Positions 31,343 through 41,331 of a stretch of DNA of 64,000 nucleotides are shown here, piece by piece. Position numbers and translations under genes: made by a program. The first letter of the stretch is position 1; each line of letters starts with the position of its first letter. Source of the stretch: an uncultured Gemmataceae bacterium (GTDB lineage: Bacteria; Planctomycetota; Planctomycetia; Gemmatales; Gemmataceae); assembly GCA_963750165.1 (NCBI GenBank), contig CAVVPN010000004.1, positions 736,001 through 800,000 of the forward strand. Direction: 5' to 3'. Below the pieces are notes generated by a model that saw only the letters and a program-made list of their open reading frames with translations, had not been told where the DNA came from and did not search any database.

Positions 31343-31755
31343 GCGCCCAGCCTCAGCAATTCCCCTACGTCGTGCGCGATCCGTCGCTCGGGGCCGCAAG
31401 TCTCGCCCCCATGCTGCCGCTTACCTTGATCGGAAGCCAACAGGTTCCGACGGTTGGTCTCGTCGATAGCGGCGCAGCGGTCAACGTCCTGCCTTACTCG
31501 CTTGGTGTGCAGTTAGGATTCGACTGGGCTCAGGAAACGAAATCAGTAGAACTGTCCGGCAACCTGGCCTCGGTCGAGGCCCGCATTGTGGTCTTGTCGG
31601 CGGTAGTTGGGGGTTTTCCGCAGATACGTCTGGCCTTCGCCTGGGCTAAGACGGACGCCGTTTCCGTCATCCTGGGACAGGTCAATTTCTTCTCTGAATT
31701 CGACGTTTGTTTCTTCCGTTCCCGTAGTGTGTTCGAGGTGAAGCCCAGGCCGTGA
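31339..31755 (+). CDS. Retropepsin-like (clan AA) aspartyl protease
   Basis: GLVDSGA catalytic motif and ILGQ motif. Confidence 0.75.
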   Translation: MSAQPQQFPYVVRDPSLGAASLAPMLPLTLIGSQQVPTVGLVDSGAAVNVLPYSLGVQLGFDWAQETKSVELSGNLASVEARIVVLSAVVGGFPQIRLAFAWAKTDAVSVILGQVNFFSEFDVCFFRSRSVFEVKPRP

Positions 31756-31869
31756 GGTTGGTTCTGCCGCCGTTGCTATCAATCCTGACCACGGGATGCT
31801 CATCTGCGTGACCAGCTGCCGAAACCGTTGCACCCCGGCAGCGCGAACTGGAAACAAAGGTTTCCTGAC

Positions 31870-33048
31870 ATGGCCGAGCCACCCCCTCCTCCATCTGCAC
31901 ACGCCGAACCCTGGGGCCGCTGGTCCGGCGATGGCCTGACGTTCACCGTGGACCGCGCCAGCGACGGGCAGTCCTTCCTCCCCGTGCCGGCGGCCGACCA
32001 GTCCGCGCAGCCGCCCGAGCACACCCTGGACGCGCCCACCCCGGCGGCGCTGGCCGACAATCTCCGCCAACTGCTGACCGCCGCCGACCCCGCGCTCGGC
32101 TGTCTGACGCCGCGCATGCGCGTCCGCCTCTTCCGCCACGGCCGCGAACTCGCCGCGCCCTGGGTCACGCCCACCCGCTTCGACGAGGCCCGCGCTCACG
32201 TGGACGCCTTGGGCGAACTGCTGGCCCGGACGCCACCCGCCCCGCTGAAGGACGTTTGTGCCGTCCTGGTCGCCCTCGGCCACTTCGCCGAGGAAGTTCG
32301 ACCCGTCCTCGCCAATCCGGCGGCAGGGGCGCGGCGGGACTGGGCGCGATTGCTGTTCGACAACCTCCAGACACTCGCCCAACTGGCAAGCCGGTCGCTG
32401 GAAAAGCAGACGCCACCCGCCCCGCCCCCGGACCCCGTGGACGCCGCGCTGCAAGAACTGGCCGGCCGGCACGCGCTGGCGGGACAGTTCCGGACGCTGC
32501 TCGACCTCGCCCGTGCCGTGCGGCCGCTCTGCGCCGGCCGCTGGCCGGAGGCCGAGGCGGCGGTCCAGGGCCTGCACTACCCCGCCGAGCGCTTCCGCAA
32601 ATCGGTGCTGCGTGCCGCGGCCGTCGCGCTGGATGAGCAAACGCGCCTGCTGCGCGCCGCCGGTCGCAGCCTGGCGGACGACCTGGTGAACAAGATACGC
32701 GCTTTCGACGCCCTGCTGCCAGGCAAGAGCAGCGACGGCCCGTTGCCGCCGCGGGCGCCCGTCCACCTTGGCCCGGAGGAACGCGACCGCCTGTGCCAGC
32801 AACTGCGGGCGCTGCGCGAACTGTTGCTGGCGGTCATGCGCGAGCACGGCGGCTACGACGAATACCCCGTCGCCCTGGGCGATACGGTCGCCAAACACGG
32901 CGCCGCCCTGGAGGATGTGACGTTCGTGGCGACGCCGCGGCACCGCGCCAACGTGATCTTTCAAATTCTCGAACCCGGTTACGTCCGTCGCCGCGAAGGC
33001 GGCCAGGCGGAGGTGATCCGTTCACCCCGGGTCTGCGCCGCACGCTGA
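31870..33048 (+). CDS. Protein with C-terminal GrpE-like domain
   Basis: Long helix, then LLLAVMREHG..E....G..., NVIFQILEPGY...VIRSPRV, resembling the GrpE beta-domain (V.Q.GY...LRPA.V). Confidence 0.65.
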   Translation: MAEPPPPPSAHAEPWGRWSGDGLTFTVDRASDGQSFLPVPAADQSAQPPEHTLDAPTPAALADNLRQLLTAADPALGCLTPRMRVRLFRHGRELAAPWVTPTRFDEARAHVDALGELLARTPPAPLKDVCAVLVALGHFAEEVRPVLANPAAGARRDWARLLFDNLQTLAQLASRSLEKQTPPAPPPDPVDAALQELAGRHALAGQFRTLLDLARAVRPLCAGRWPEAEAAVQGLHYPAERFRKSVLRAAAVALDEQTRLLRAAGRSLADDLVNKIRAFDALLPGKSSDGPLPPRAPVHLGPEERDRLCQQLRALRELLLAVMREHGGYDEYPVALGDTVAKHGAALEDVTFVATPRHRANVIFQILEPGYVRRREGGQAEVIRSPRVCAAR

Positions 33049-33073
33049 CCGCCTTTCGGGAGGACGCACCCTC

Positions 33074-35062
33074 ATGAGCCCGCGCCGGTTCTGCTGCTGC
33101 CGGCCGGCCGGGCCTCCCTGGCCGACGCGACCCGACGACCGCTTCTGCGGTCAGTGCGGCCGCGAACTCCTCGCCGTGCTGCCGTTCGCTCCCGTCCTGA
33201 CCGCCGGGCCCTCGCCCGTCCTGGCCGCGTATCTGCAACCCGCCGCCCGCTCGCCCCTGGCCGGGCAGCGTTTCCTGACGGGCCGGCTGATGTTGCACCT
33301 GGTCGGCATCGGCGACGCACTCCCGCGCGTCCGCGTCCGGCCGGTCGTGGAACCCGCGCCGCGCCTGCGCTCCGCCCGGCTGTCCGGCCACGCCACGCTG
33401 CAACTCCTCCTGGAAACGTCAGTGGCGACGCCCGTAGCGGCCACGGCGCTCGGTCGCGCCGCGGTCACGGTGGAACTGCACGGCCACGCTTTTTGCCTGG
33501 AAGTGCAGGCGTTCTGCCCTCCGCTCGCCGCCGGGGAACTGCACCTGGAGGTGGAGCGCGGCGGCGCGTTCGCGGACGGCGTGCTGTGGCTGGAGCGCGG
33601 CGGGTCGCTGGTCCGCACGCGGCTGCTCTACACGCCGGCGGGACAGGTGCCGGTGCAGTGGCAGAGCCTGGAGTGCCGGCACCCGGCGGTACGCATGGAG
33701 TTGGTGGGCGAAGTTGCCGCGACGCCGCGGGCCGAGGCATTGGTGACCTGGGATCCCACCTTGCTGCGCCTGGACGAGTCGGGCGAAGAGGTGCTGTTCC
33801 ATCTCCGGCTGCGCGGCCTGCCGCGCCTGGCGTACCCTCTGACCGTGCGCCGCCGCCAGCCAGACGCCCTGCGCTTCCGGCCGGGCGTGCTGCACGTGCC
33901 TCATCAGCCCGCGGAACGCCTGCAAACCCATCTGGTGCAGTTGACCAACACCGACGCCAGCCCCGTGATCGTCGAGCGCGTGGAAGCCTTGGCGCCGTGG
34001 ATCGCCGCGGCGCCGGCGGTGCCGCTGCCGTTCGCGCTGCACACCGGCGACGAGGCCATCCTCACCCTGGACCTGCGGCCCGACCGCCTGCCCGCTGTGC
34101 TGCCTGCCGATGGCGCCGTGGCGGTGGACGTGCGTGACCGCGGCCGGCAGCGGTTGGCGGTGCGCGTCGAGGCGCTGGAGCCGTTGCGGCGCCTGCCCGG
34201 CCCGTTGCTGGTGGACCCGGGACCGCCGCGGGTCGTCCTGGCTTACTGGGACCGCTCCCGGCGAGCGCTGGTGTACCCCGACCGCCACGGCGACGCGGGG
34301 CTGGAGCCGGAGGAACTGGGTCTGACAACGGACGAGTACGCGGCCGCGGTGTACGGCCGGCTGCCCGCTCATTCGCTGGTGCGCTTCCTGGTGGCCGCGG
34401 TGCTGGCGTACTGTCGGCGGCGGTTGCACCTCGACGCCGCGGCCGTGTGCCTGTGCGGCCATCCGTGGGTACCGGCCGACCTGGCGCTGCCGGGCGTGGA
34501 GGTCCACGATTGGTGGCGCGCCGCGGCCGGCGTGGGCGGCGCCCTGTCGCCGGGGACTCCAGTGGTGCGGCTCGACACCTGGGACTGCCGGGCCGTCAGC
34601 GGGGCGGACTTGCCCTCGCTGCGGGCGGCCGTCGTCCGTTGGCTGAGCGTGACCGGCGCGGCTGCCGGTAGTGAGCACGACGCCCCCGGCTGGTTGGAAT
34701 TGGCTTGTGAGAGCCTTTTTGTCGATTACCGCTGGGGGGCGGATTACGCCTGGCGGCGGTTGCAGCGGGCTTGCTGGCGTCACCAGCCCGCGAGCCGGCC
34801 GGCGTTGCCCGTGCCAGCCCAGGCGGATCGGATGCTGGCTCACGCCACCGCGGAAGTGTTCAGCAGGCTGGCGCAACTGCTGGATCCCCTGCCGCGGCCC
34901 GACGGGGCCGCCACGGTCGTGCTCGCGCCCCTGTTCGCCAACTGCCGCCTTGCCCGGCTCGGGGAAGCTGCCGCGACAGCTGCCGGACAGAAGTGGGTAT
35001 GCACCGCCCCGGCCTGGCTGGAGGGCCTGGCCCGATTGCGGGAGGGTGATGGCGACCGCTAG
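33074..35062 (+). CDS. Zn-ribbon + Ig-like protein with probable degenerate Hsp70-like C-terminus
   Basis: DDRFCGQCG matches DDRHCGLCG of the 21627 protein; Ig-like V.LTN...V.V...PWI; RLPGPLLVDPG aligns with RLGSPVAIDWG. Confidence 0.6.
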   Translation: MSPRRFCCCRPAGPPWPTRPDDRFCGQCGRELLAVLPFAPVLTAGPSPVLAAYLQPAARSPLAGQRFLTGRLMLHLVGIGDALPRVRVRPVVEPAPRLRSARLSGHATLQLLLETSVATPVAATALGRAAVTVELHGHAFCLEVQAFCPPLAAGELHLEVERGGAFADGVLWLERGGSLVRTRLLYTPAGQVPVQWQSLECRHPAVRMELVGEVAATPRAEALVTWDPTLLRLDESGEEVLFHLRLRGLPRLAYPLTVRRRQPDALRFRPGVLHVPHQPAERLQTHLVQLTNTDASPVIVERVEALAPWIAAAPAVPLPFALHTGDEAILTLDLRPDRLPAVLPADGAVAVDVRDRGRQRLAVRVEALEPLRRLPGPLLVDPGPPRVVLAYWDRSRRALVYPDRHGDAGLEPEELGLTTDEYAAAVYGRLPAHSLVRFLVAAVLAYCRRRLHLDAAAVCLCGHPWVPADLALPGVEVHDWWRAAAGVGGALSPGTPVVRLDTWDCRAVSGADLPSLRAAVVRWLSVTGAAAGSEHDAPGWLELACESLFVDYRWGADYAWRRLQRACWRHQPASRPALPVPAQADRMLAHATAEVFSRLAQLLDPLPRPDGAATVVLAPLFANCRLARLGEAAATAAGQKWVCTAPAWLEGLARLREGDGDR

Positions 35063-35153
35063 CGCGGTTCGCAGACGACAGTAGCGGTCGTGTCTTTCGC
35101 CCCGAAGGGGCGGGACAACTTAGCCCCGGGCAACGCCCTGGGAACCAGGGAGG
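35060..35153. repeat. Partial family A element (reverse orientation)
   Basis: Reverse complement of the right end of 50409-50640; begins at the TAG stop of the upstream gene. Confidence 0.85.
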
Positions 35154-35298
35154 GCCCAAACCGCCGATGCTCCTCCCGTTCACGGAGAAGCAAAAAGCCC
35201 GAATTGCACGGCTAAAACAAGCAAAAAAAGGACTGAACGGTTTCGGCGTTGGGAGCCAAGGGAGCCAACGTTTTCATACGTCGAGATCCGAGCCGAGC

Positions 35299-35339
35299 AA
35301 AAAAAACCGGCGGACCTGTTGAGGAACAGGTCCGCCGGT
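35299..35339 (-). terminator. Rho-independent terminator of Gly/Met-rich gene 1
   Basis: 15-bp stem ACCGGCGGACCTGTT/AACAGGTCCGCCGGT followed by a U-run on the minus strand. Confidence 0.85.
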
Positions 35340-35371
35340 GGAACGTTGCACGCAATTCGCGGCCAGGCAGC

Positions 35372-36479
35372 TTAGAAGCCGCGACCCAGGACCGCACCGC
35401 CACCCATGCCCATGCCACCCATGCCGCCCATGCCACCCATGCCCATCATGCCCGGCATGCCCATGCCACCCATGCCACCCATGCCCATGCCACCCATGCC
35501 GCCCATGCCACCCATGCCGTAGCCACCCATGCCCATGCCACCCATGCCCATGCCACCCATGCCCATGCCACCCATGCCCATGCCACCCATGCCCATGCCA
35601 CCCATGCCGCCCATGCCCATGCCACCCATGCCGCCCATGCCCATGCCACCCATGCCGCCCATGCCGCCCATGCCCATGCCGCCCATGCCCATGCCACCCA
35701 TGCCGCCCATGCCCATGCCACCCATACCGCCCATGCCCATGCCGCCCATGCCACCCATGCCGCCACCCATGCCGTATTGCTGCATCATGCCCTGGGCGCC
35801 GCCCATCTGGCCCGTGCCGCGGCCACTCAGCGACGGGAAGCCGCCCATACCACCCATGCCGCCCATGCCGCCCATGCCACCCATACCACCCATCATGCCG
35901 CCGCCCATACCGCCGCCGTAGCCGCCCATGCCGCCCATGCCACCCATCATGCCGCCGCCGTAGCCGCCCATGCCGCCCATGCCGCCCATCATGCCGCCGC
36001 CCATGCCGCCGCCGTAGCCGCCCATGCCGCCCATGCCACCCATCATGCCGCCGCCCATGCCGCCGCCGTAGCCGCCCATGCCGCCGCCGTAGCCGCCCAT
36101 GCCACCCATCATGCCGCCGCCATAGCCACCCCCGTAGGGGCTACCGTAGGGACTGCCGTAGCCATTGTTGTTGTTGCCCTGGACCAGCGGGCTAAGGTTG
36201 TTGCCGATGATGCCGGTGGTGGTGTTCAGCTGCTGGTTGGACTGGTTCTGGTAGTAGGTGTTGATGTTGTTGTTCAGCTGGTTTTGCGCTGAACGGGTTG
36301 CCCGGCACCGCCGAGTAGACGTAGTAGTTGCTCAGCGTGCGGTTCATCGGCATGTAAGAAGTGGAGATCGGCCGGAGGGTGATGCGTTGGGCGTGGGCGA
36401 CATCCTGGAGAACCAGGACCAAGGCCAGCGTGCAAACTCCGACACAACTGACCTTGCGGGCGGACCATGACGTCTTCAT
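35372..36479 (-). CDS. Secreted Gly/Met/Tyr-rich low-complexity protein 1; frame break ~36287
   Basis: Signal peptide ending AHA-Q, conserved QRITLRPISTSYMPMNRTLSNYY, N/Q-rich segment, (GGM)n tail ending VLGRGF. Confidence 0.8.
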
Positions 36480-36771
36480 GAAGCTCCTAGTTTGAGGAAA
36501 TGACAGTTCCGCGTGGCCAACTACCTGCCGGCCCGCTTTTGCACCAACTCCCCGGTCAACACGCGAACCTTCCGGTGGCACGAAGCAAATGCCGGAAATT
36601 TAGATATTTCGCCCAGTTGACGTGCTTGGAGTATTGTCGGCGAAGCTTTATACTTCGTCAATCAAAAACTTCAATTAATTCTAATAATTCCTGAAATTTG
36701 CCAGAAATTGGTTGCCGCGTCTTTGCCAAATGGCTAGCTGACCGTTTCGCAAATTCGCCGCCACTTCTTTC

Positions 36772-36831
36772 CGTGGGGCAGACCTTCCTGTCTGCCGTAA
36801 CCTCAAGGCAGACAGGAAGGTCTGCCCCACG
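36772..36831. repeat. REP-like doublet, family C
   Basis: CGTGGGGCAGACCTTCCTGTCTGCC ... GGCAGACAGGAAGGTCTGCCCCACG; second copy at 56012-56074. Confidence 0.88.
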
Positions 36832-36961
36832 TTCGACGGCCAACGGGCAGAACTCCAACCCTTGCTTGCACTTCTGGCTCAGCATCCTGTGCGGTGATGC
36901 TCAGTAAGAGAAGGGACTCGGGAAGCCGCTCCAGCTGCCTGGCGTGTACGGATTGCCAGTC

Positions 36962-37000
36962 AAAACAAACCGGCAGGCGCGAGAAGCCGCGCCTGCCGGT
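36962..37000 (-). terminator. Terminator of Gly/Met-rich gene 2
   Basis: ACCGGCAGGCGCG...CGCGCCTGCCGGT with U-rich tail on the minus strand. Confidence 0.75.
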
Positions 37001-37029
37001 CGATGTGCTGCGAGCAGCAATCGGGTGGG

Positions 37030-38140
<1,111 letters not shown>

Positions 38141-38640
38141 GGTGACCCCCTGAAAAGAAACAGATGACTTCCCCAAGAAAGCGATCCGCAGGACCTCTCT
38201 CTCCGCCCGTGGACATCTACCGTCCTTGACCGCCGCGCCGCCACAACCACAGCACCAAGAATGTGATTGACCGGCAATGCCTGCGCAGATTCGATACTAC
38301 CGTATTGTAGCCCTCCATCACGGCGCAAGTCAAAGCGAACTGCGCACGTTTGAGCTGAAAACTGCCCACGCTCGCGCAGCGAACGGAGCAGGTTACTTCT
38401 ACTACCGGTTCCGCGGAAGACTCTTACACGGCAACCGGTGCAAAAGTGCGATGGAGGCGTTGACACAACCAGGGGCCAACCGGAACCCGGAACTAACGGC
38501 ACCGGGCAGGTCAGCCGGCAGGGGCAGTGAAGCGCATCCAGACAAACCTGGGCCGCGCTTGTGGTCAATTTTATAGACGCGATACTCCGCCATTCTTGCG
38601 CAGATTTTTGAAAAAAATCGCTCCGTGGCGGCCGCGATCT

Positions 38641-38695
38641 GAGCCCGAAGCGCAAGCGAGGGTGTAACTGCTTCCCTCGCTTGCGCTTCGGGCTC
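38641..38695. repeat. REP-like palindrome, family D
   Basis: GAGCCCGAAGCGCAAGCGAGGG...CCCTCGCTTGCGCTTCGGGCTC; related copy at 41273-41317. Confidence 0.85.
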
Positions 38696-38714
38696 CGGAA
38701 GCCGGCGCTGGCGG

Positions 38715-38783
38715 GGGAGCATTGAGGTGCAGAACGCACCGGGGCAGGGCTGCACGTTCACGGTGGCGCTGCCGCTGGCACGG
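38715..38783 (+). pseudogene. Remnant of histidine kinase HATPase C-terminus
   Basis: GSIEVQNAPGQGCTFTVALPLA matches the G2-box end of sensor kinases; no upstream body. Confidence 0.6.
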
Positions 38784-39806
38784 TCACCAGCGCACCAGGG
38801 CGGTGCCCCAGGTCAGGCCCGCGCCGAAGCCACTGAGCACGATCAGATTGCCGGGCTTGATCCGATCCTCGGCCAGGGCCTCGTCGAGCGCCAGCGGCAC
38901 CGAGCCGGCGGAGGTGTTGCCGTAGCGGTCGAGGTTGTTGTAGACACGCTGCCGGGGGATGCGCAGCACGTCGATGGCCGCGTTGATGATGCGGATGTTG
39001 GCCTGGTGCGGTATGTACAAATCTACATCCGTCGGTTTGACGCCGCCGGCGGTGAGCACGTCCTGAATGGTGTCGCACAGGATGCCGACCGCCCAGCGGA
39101 AGACTGCCCGGCCGTCCATGTACATGTAGTGCAGGCCCTTGTCGAGCAGCTCGGCGGTGGGCGGCAGACGACTGCCGCAGGCGGGCCGGCTGAGCAGGTC
39201 GCCACCGCTGCCGTCGGCGCCAAGGCTGTAGCTGAGCAGCCCCTGATCGGGCCGGCCGCGTGTCAACAGCACGGCGCCGGCGCCGTCGCCAAACAGCGGA
39301 TAGGTCTTGATGTCGTTGGGGTTCAGGATGCGCGAGTTGGTGTCGCCGCCGACGATCAGTGCCAGGTCGCTGGCGCCCGAGACCACATAGGCGGCGCCGG
39401 TGATGAGCGCGTACATGAAGCCGGCGCACGCGGCCTGCAGATCGACCGCGGGACAGTTGAGTTTAAGGCGGTCCTGCAGCAGGCAGGCGGTCGAGGGGAA
39501 GGACATGTCCGGCGTGAAGGTGGCGACGAGCACGAGATCGATGTCCGCGGGCTTGACGCCCGCCTGGTCGATGCAGCGGCGCGCGGCCTCGTGGCACAGA
39601 TCGCTGGTGGCCTGGTGCGGCAGCGCGTGGCGGCGCTCGTAGATGCCGGTGCGCTTGACGATCCAGTCGGAGTCAAAGCCGAAGCGCTGGTGCAGGTGGT
39701 CGTTGCTGACGACGGCCTCGGGCACGTAACTACCACTGCCCAGGATGCGGACGCCCGTAAGGCGACGGCACCGTGGGCGTGCCGAGGGAGTGCGTTCTTC
39801 GCTCAT
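38784..39806 (-). CDS. fabH: 3-oxoacyl-ACP synthase III
   Basis: AACAGF, LFGDGAGA, PHQANIRI, YGNTSAGS, GFGAGLTWG. Confidence 0.95.
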   Translation of the reverse strand: MSEERTPSARPRCRRLTGVRILGSGSYVPEAVVSNDHLHQRFGFDSDWIVKRTGIYERRHALPHQATSDLCHEAARRCIDQAGVKPADIDLVLVATFTPDMSFPSTACLLQDRLKLNCPAVDLQAACAGFMYALITGAAYVVSGASDLALIVGGDTNSRILNPNDIKTYPLFGDGAGAVLLTRGRPDQGLLSYSLGADGSGGDLLSRPACGSRLPPTAELLDKGLHYMYMDGRAVFRWAVGILCDTIQDVLTAGGVKPTDVDLYIPHQANIRIINAAIDVLRIPRQRVYNNLDRYGNTSAGSVPLALDEALAEDRIKPGNLIVLSGFGAGLTWGTALVRW

Positions 39807-39933
39807 GACGTTCTCGACTGATGATCGGGCGCGGCGGCCCCGTGGCCCGCGCGGATTATAAATTGAAAGTATACAGCCGCCGCGCGCCACCGGCCATCGC
39901 AAGCGGCGGAGCGCCAGGCCGCAAGCGGCACAA

Positions 39934-40006
39934 AGCGCGCTAAGCCGCAAGCGGCAGAACTGGAGCGCTCCAACCCGTCTTTCTGCCGCTTGCGGCTTAG
40001 CGCGCT
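39934..40006. repeat. Inverted repeat (CCGCAAGCGG family)
   Basis: AGCGCGCTAAGCCGCAAGCGGCAGAA ... TTCTGCCGCTTGCGGCTTAGCGCGCT, with extra CGCAAGCGG copies upstream. Confidence 0.8.
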
Positions 40007-41241
40007 GCCCCTTCGTGCGCCAGATACTGCAGCATGGCCGCCACCGCCTGCTGCGAATAGTCCAGTCGCAGGTCGCCGTCCTGGTGCGACGCGAAGAACG
40101 CCCCGACGATCTCATGGCGGTACGGCTCGCTGAAGTGGCGGGTATTGGTCTCGCCGAACTGCAGCGACATCAGGAACGGCAGCGCCAGCTCCAGCGCTTC
40201 GAGGTAGCGCGGATGACGGCGGGCGTCGCCGGCCTGGCGGGCGGCCCGGCATGCCTCGGCCAGTGCCTCGACGTGCCGCGCAGTGCTGACGTCCGGCGGT
40301 GTGGCCTGCGGCTTGCCGTCAGCGCAGCCCATGAAGCCGCCCAGGTGCGGCCCCACCTGCGTGTACTGGAACTGACACAGCCAGTCGTTCATCTCGAACA
40401 CGGCATCCGCGAACGCCTGTTCCTTGGTCAGCGCAAACGCCTCGGCGTAGACGGCGCTGAAGCGCGGCACATCGGTCAGGTTGCGCTTTGCCCGCCAGCG
40501 CGGCTGGTAGAACGCGAGCGCCTTGCGAGCCATGTCGAGCTTCCACGGGGCCGGCCGTTGCTGGCAGCTGCGCAGCACGCCGTGCAGCGCCTCCGCGGCG
40601 GGCCAGTCCGGCTCGTCCGCGCCGGGCGTTGTGGGCGGCTCGGACGCGCTCAACGAGCCGTCGGGCCGCTGCTGGCGATACAGATAGCGGCACAGCAGTT
40701 CGGCCTGTTCGAGCAGGTCCGCCTGCGCGGCCGGCAGTTCGCTGATGGCACGGATGATGAGACCGGCGGCCGCCAAACGATTGACGGCCGGCGCGGTCGG
40801 GTAGCGGCACTGCGGTGCCTTCGGGTTGTCGGCGGCGGTGTCGAGCAGCAGCCGTAGCGTCGTCTGGGTCGCCAGGGCGGCGGCGTGCTCGTCGCCGAAG
40901 TGGTGGGCGGCGCGGGCCAGGGCCACCGTGGCCGCGGCCTGGCGCAGATAGGGCTCCGGTTTGCTGCGGCCCCACAGCGCCGGCGTGCTGACGTAGCTGA
41001 AGGTGCCGTCGATGCGGTTGGCGCGCTGCAGCCAGGCGGCGCCGGTGCGGGCGCTGAAATACACCTTGAGCGGCAGCGGCTTCAGGTTTTTCACGTCCTG
41101 GCCGAGGTGATGCACCAGGGGCGCCGGCGGCGCCTGGGACGGCACGGTCGGCGCCGGCGGCTGCTGGGCGCTGCTCAGCGCGACCAGGCCGGCGGCCGTC
41201 ACGGCGGCCGCGGCGGTCAAGCAGATGATCCGGGTTCGCAT
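39997..41241 (-). CDS. Exported hypothetical protein, alpha/alpha-barrel (prenyltransferase-like) repeats
   Basis: Signal peptide; YLYRQQRPDGS and FLMSLQ motifs. Confidence 0.65.
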   Translation of the reverse strand: MRTRIICLTAAAAVTAAGLVALSSAQQPPAPTVPSQAPPAPLVHHLGQDVKNLKPLPLKVYFSARTGAAWLQRANRIDGTFSYVSTPALWGRSKPEPYLRQAAATVALARAAHHFGDEHAAALATQTTLRLLLDTAADNPKAPQCRYPTAPAVNRLAAAGLIIRAISELPAAQADLLEQAELLCRYLYRQQRPDGSLSASEPPTTPGADEPDWPAAEALHGVLRSCQQRPAPWKLDMARKALAFYQPRWRAKRNLTDVPRFSAVYAEAFALTKEQAFADAVFEMNDWLCQFQYTQVGPHLGGFMGCADGKPQATPPDVSTARHVEALAEACRAARQAGDARRHPRYLEALELALPFLMSLQFGETNTRHFSEPYRHEIVGAFFASHQDGDLRLDYSQQAVAAMLQYLAHEGAAR

Positions 41242-41272
41242 CCGCGGGGCCTCCTGCCCTTACTTCGGGTCG

Positions 41273-41317
41273 GAGCCCGAGCGCCAGCGAGGAGGCCCCG
41301 CGCTGGCGCTCGGGCTC
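41273..41317. repeat. REP-like palindrome, family D-related
   Basis: GAGCCCGAGCGCCAGCG...CGCTGGCGCTCGGGCTC. Confidence 0.75.
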
Positions 41318-41331
41318 GGAAAAAATAACCA

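Noticed and set aside
21627..33048. Calling these housekeeping dnaK and grpE
   Set aside because: Extra N-terminal domains, strong divergence and no dnaJ or hrcA.
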